Of a stretch of DNA of 64,000 nucleotides, positions 60,901-64,000 are shown one piece after another. The DNA comes from Takakia lepidozioides. Its lineage: Eukaryota > Plantae > Bryophyta. Below the pieces are notes generated by a model. That model searched no databases. It saw only the letters and a program-made list of their open reading frames with translations, and was not told the DNA's origin. The DNA is taken from positions 84,196,001-84,260,000 of the forward strand of contig CM060731.1 of the NCBI GenBank assembly GCA_030704615.1, written 5' to 3'. How positions within the stretch are numbered: position 1 is the stretch's first letter; each line of letters begins with the position of its first letter. Both the position numbers and the translations under genes were made by a program.

Positions 60901-63900
60901 TGTGACTCGGATACGAGTTGCCCACTTTAGGGGTAGGAGTCAACATTGGTTGTCTATGTTCCAGCTTTCTAGGGTGTCTTGGGACTCACCACGGTCCAAT
61001 GAGGCCGTGGTGGGTGGGCCAAGACTCACCGCGACTCATCACCGGGAATCGAGGGTCTTTATGGTGGTTCGCCATAAAATGGCATGGTTGTTTGTGAAAC
61101 CCCCGCGGACAGTCACAGAAGTATATATAGGGAGTAGTAACCCCGAGAACGGTGCAAGCCCGTTGGTGACCAAAAACTAGTGAGTAAGCGAGCGAGCCGG
61201 AAAGCGACCAAGGAGTGGGGAGCTATTCCGGACTGCCATCTACCAAAGGGAATTTCCACTAGGCCCAAATTGGTGGAGGGTCTGTTGGGAGAAGAAATGG
61301 GGACCGTTATGTCCCGGTGAGCAGCCGAAGCTCCGAGTTGGCCCGGCGGCCAAGTTGGGGAGTTATGCGCGCGCATCAAAGCGAGTAACTATGACTTGAA
61401 GAGGAGCTTTACCGAAGTGAGGTGCGCGACACACGACCACTGCAACGAGCCACCTTTTTAGCAAACCTTTTAGGTTGCGTAGGCAGTTAGGCAAACGGTC
61501 ATTAACGACTGCAGACTGTAACGGCTCTTTCGAGCATAGTATGAAAAGGCTGCACGCAACTTAGAAGGGAGAAATATGAGTATCAGTGATGAGTGTGTAC
61601 TCAGGGACTCAGAGTGATTCAGTGTATACTTCTGTGATGATATGACGAACTCTGAAGTAAAGCCATGTTATTCGAAGTATCTCTGTGTAGAGTGAACGTG
61701 AGATGGAGAGAATGTGCATTATGAGAGAACGTGAGATGGTGAGAATGTGTATCATCTCAGGATAGTTCTTGTTTGCTTTAATTACCATTTGCTTAACGAC
61801 TTCAGTCTTTTCGACTAAAATCTTTCATGCCACATAGACTGTAAGTGGAGCTTAATCAATAGGATTAAGCAGCCTGCAGGGAGATGAATTCAGACGATGT
61901 TCATGGTTTAGCCATCCTTAAAACGATTACTTCGTAATCGTTTCTGAAAGCATACCCGTCGGACAACCTCTGTTGCATGTCTTAGGAAATGGGCAGTAGT
62001 GCTGATAGCCTGTTTTGTCTAAGTCATAAACCAGCGGTTAACATTTGGCAACCATACTGGGGACTAACGGTATGTTGAGTTCAAGTGTACTCAAGGAAGG
62101 ATGGGTTACTCAATGATTTCTTGAAATCACAAAAGAACGAGTCAACGGAAGCAAAGGAATGGAAAACATTCCTGGAAAAATTTCATGGCTTATCAATAGC
62201 AATACAACAGAAGATCTTTCTTTCAATTGTGAAAGAAGATGACAAATGGGGATTGAAAGGAGGAGTGATCAGTATTACACGAGCACCTTGGGAATGTAGA
62301 ATCAGAGTTGAAGAATGGTTGTCCCGTCTAGCTTTATTGATTACTCTAATCCCAATCAGAAAAGTTTGCTACACTAGTTACATTTTCAGAGAAGAATGTT
62401 CAAATTATGAATATTGTCACATGATCATAGAAGCAGTGGAGTACTAGATACCCAAAGACTTGTTGCAAGTCAGATACACTGAGAAAGACAGATGGTATTA
62501 TTGTGCCCATTAAAAGATTGGTGATCAATCAGTAAAAGGGAAAATTAAGTCGTAATACGGATTCTGGCAAGATAGGGTAAATCTTGGAGAAAGGGTAGAG
62601 ACCATTATAAATTTTCTTTACTGACATACCAAGACTGATTAAAGGGTGCTGAAAAGGAATTATGCATATGATGTGGGAATGAATGAAGAAATTAAAGAAA
62701 AAGCTAAGCAAAACATAGCTGAACGAATAGAGAAATATGCTGCAGAAAGGGAGGCTCGGTTAAGAGAAGAGTTCCCAGAATTACAAAACTTGAATATTAT
62801 TCAAGGAGAGACATCAAGACAAATTAACAGTGATAAACCAGAAGATCAGGAAATCGGATCGGTGGGAAGTGGGAACACTACTCCAGAAGAAGTTGCCAGT
62901 AATGCACTTGATGAATGGTTATCACAAGAAAGACCTGAATGACCTTCTATGGTAACAAGTCCAAATCGAGGCTTTGCTGAAATATTAGAAGAAAGATTTG
63001 AGAATATTCTGAGTGAAGAAGGTGAAAGAAGTGAAACTACTTCTCCAGAAAGGATAACCAGGACTGCACTCAAAGCTTTTAAAGATTCATTAAGCTTAGT
63101 AGGGACAGCAGCTGGAAGACGGCTATCATTGGGACAAGGACCTCCTAGCTTTGAATCATTGAAGACAAACACCAATACCACCACAACCAGCAGCAGCGGG
63201 ACCATCCCAGTTTGGACAACCAGTTGCACCAACAGCACCAGTTGCACCAGCTGCACTAATGGCTTTAGCAGCGAGCAAAACCAGACCGCCGTTTCCTTTA
63301 TATGATGGGAAATCTGATCCGGATATCCATCTTAATCAATTTGAGAACATGTGCACCATTTACAATGAAGCAACGGACTAGGAAAAGATCCGATTATTTC
63401 CTTGTTCAATGGCCAGGAAAGGCATTGAATGGTTGGCAACATTTCCAGCTAATCATTTTGCAAATTGGGCGGATATGAGAGCCGCGTTCCAAGAAAGATA
63501 TAGATCCAACAAATCCACGTTTGAAATCTTCACAGGATTACAGAACCTGAGACAGAAAAAGAAAGAATTGGTAGTCGACTACCTGGAGAGAATGAAGACT
63601 CTGATCAGGAAGCTACCTCAAGCACCATGTGATGACTTACAAAAATCATGGTTCATCAACGGACTTCGTCCTGCCTAACAACACTTACTGAAGCAGTAGG
63701 AACTGCAAAGAAATTGGAATTGGGATTTCATCATAGCAGAAGTAAAGATTCCAAGGATCCCTTGGAAGAAGAAGACTCTGATGATGAAGAAAAGCCCAAG
63801 CAAAAGAAGAAAGAAGTGATTGACAAGAGGCAGAACGATGGCGCAATCCAACGGATTGCCAAAAGACGGCAGATGATAAGGGCAAAGCCATTAATCCAAG

Positions 63901-64000
63901 CTGCAAGTACTGCACACACGCCGCCCATCTAAAAACAGACCACGTACCAAAGTGGATGAACACATCCAAGATGGATGAACATAAACTGACCAAAACTGGA
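60901..64000 (+). mobile_element. Ty3/gypsy LTR retrotransposon 5' portion (candidate LTR about 60901-62043, PBS-like 62046-62063, gag relic)
   Basis: TGT...ACA followed by TT-TGGCAACCATACTGGGGA. Gag motifs YDGKSDPDIHLNQFE, KIRLFPCSM...EWL, LRQ...VVDY and WFINGL, with stops. The LTR start is tentative. Confidence 0.75.

Overview
This is eukaryotic DNA, most likely from a seed-free land plant (PLS-type PPR relics, GT-AG introns), and is almost entirely nested transposons. The dominant feature is a ~14.85-kb Mutator-like DNA transposon: one complete copy (31037-45889, with TIRs and an 8/9-bp TSD) and two partial copies (1-9407; inverted 49461-56374). It encodes a GCM-like/DDE/SWIM transposase on the minus strand. 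Divergently it carries a multi-exon gene fusing a ParB/Srx-like domain (DGNHR) to a prokaryote-type beta-class N4C/N6A DNA methyltransferase-like domain with an atypical DIPD motif, plus one or two orphan ~190-aa ORFs. The non-coding parts hold arrays of a 22-bp palindrome (GGAAATGCGG-YR-CCGCATTTCC) spaced at 53 bp or 32-33 bp, and the same palindrome recurs in introns. After a 500-N gap, a diverged second subfamily (9908-14548) has a homologous MTase gene, the same terminus type and its own different palindromes. Other content includes Helitron fragments, an L1/Tx1-like LINE, a scrambled RNase H + REL non-LTR relic, a CACTA-like end with a RING gene interrupted by the main element, PPR and OSB-PDF relics, and Ty3/gypsy LTR fragments. 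All domain calls come from recognising motifs by eye; no database search was run.
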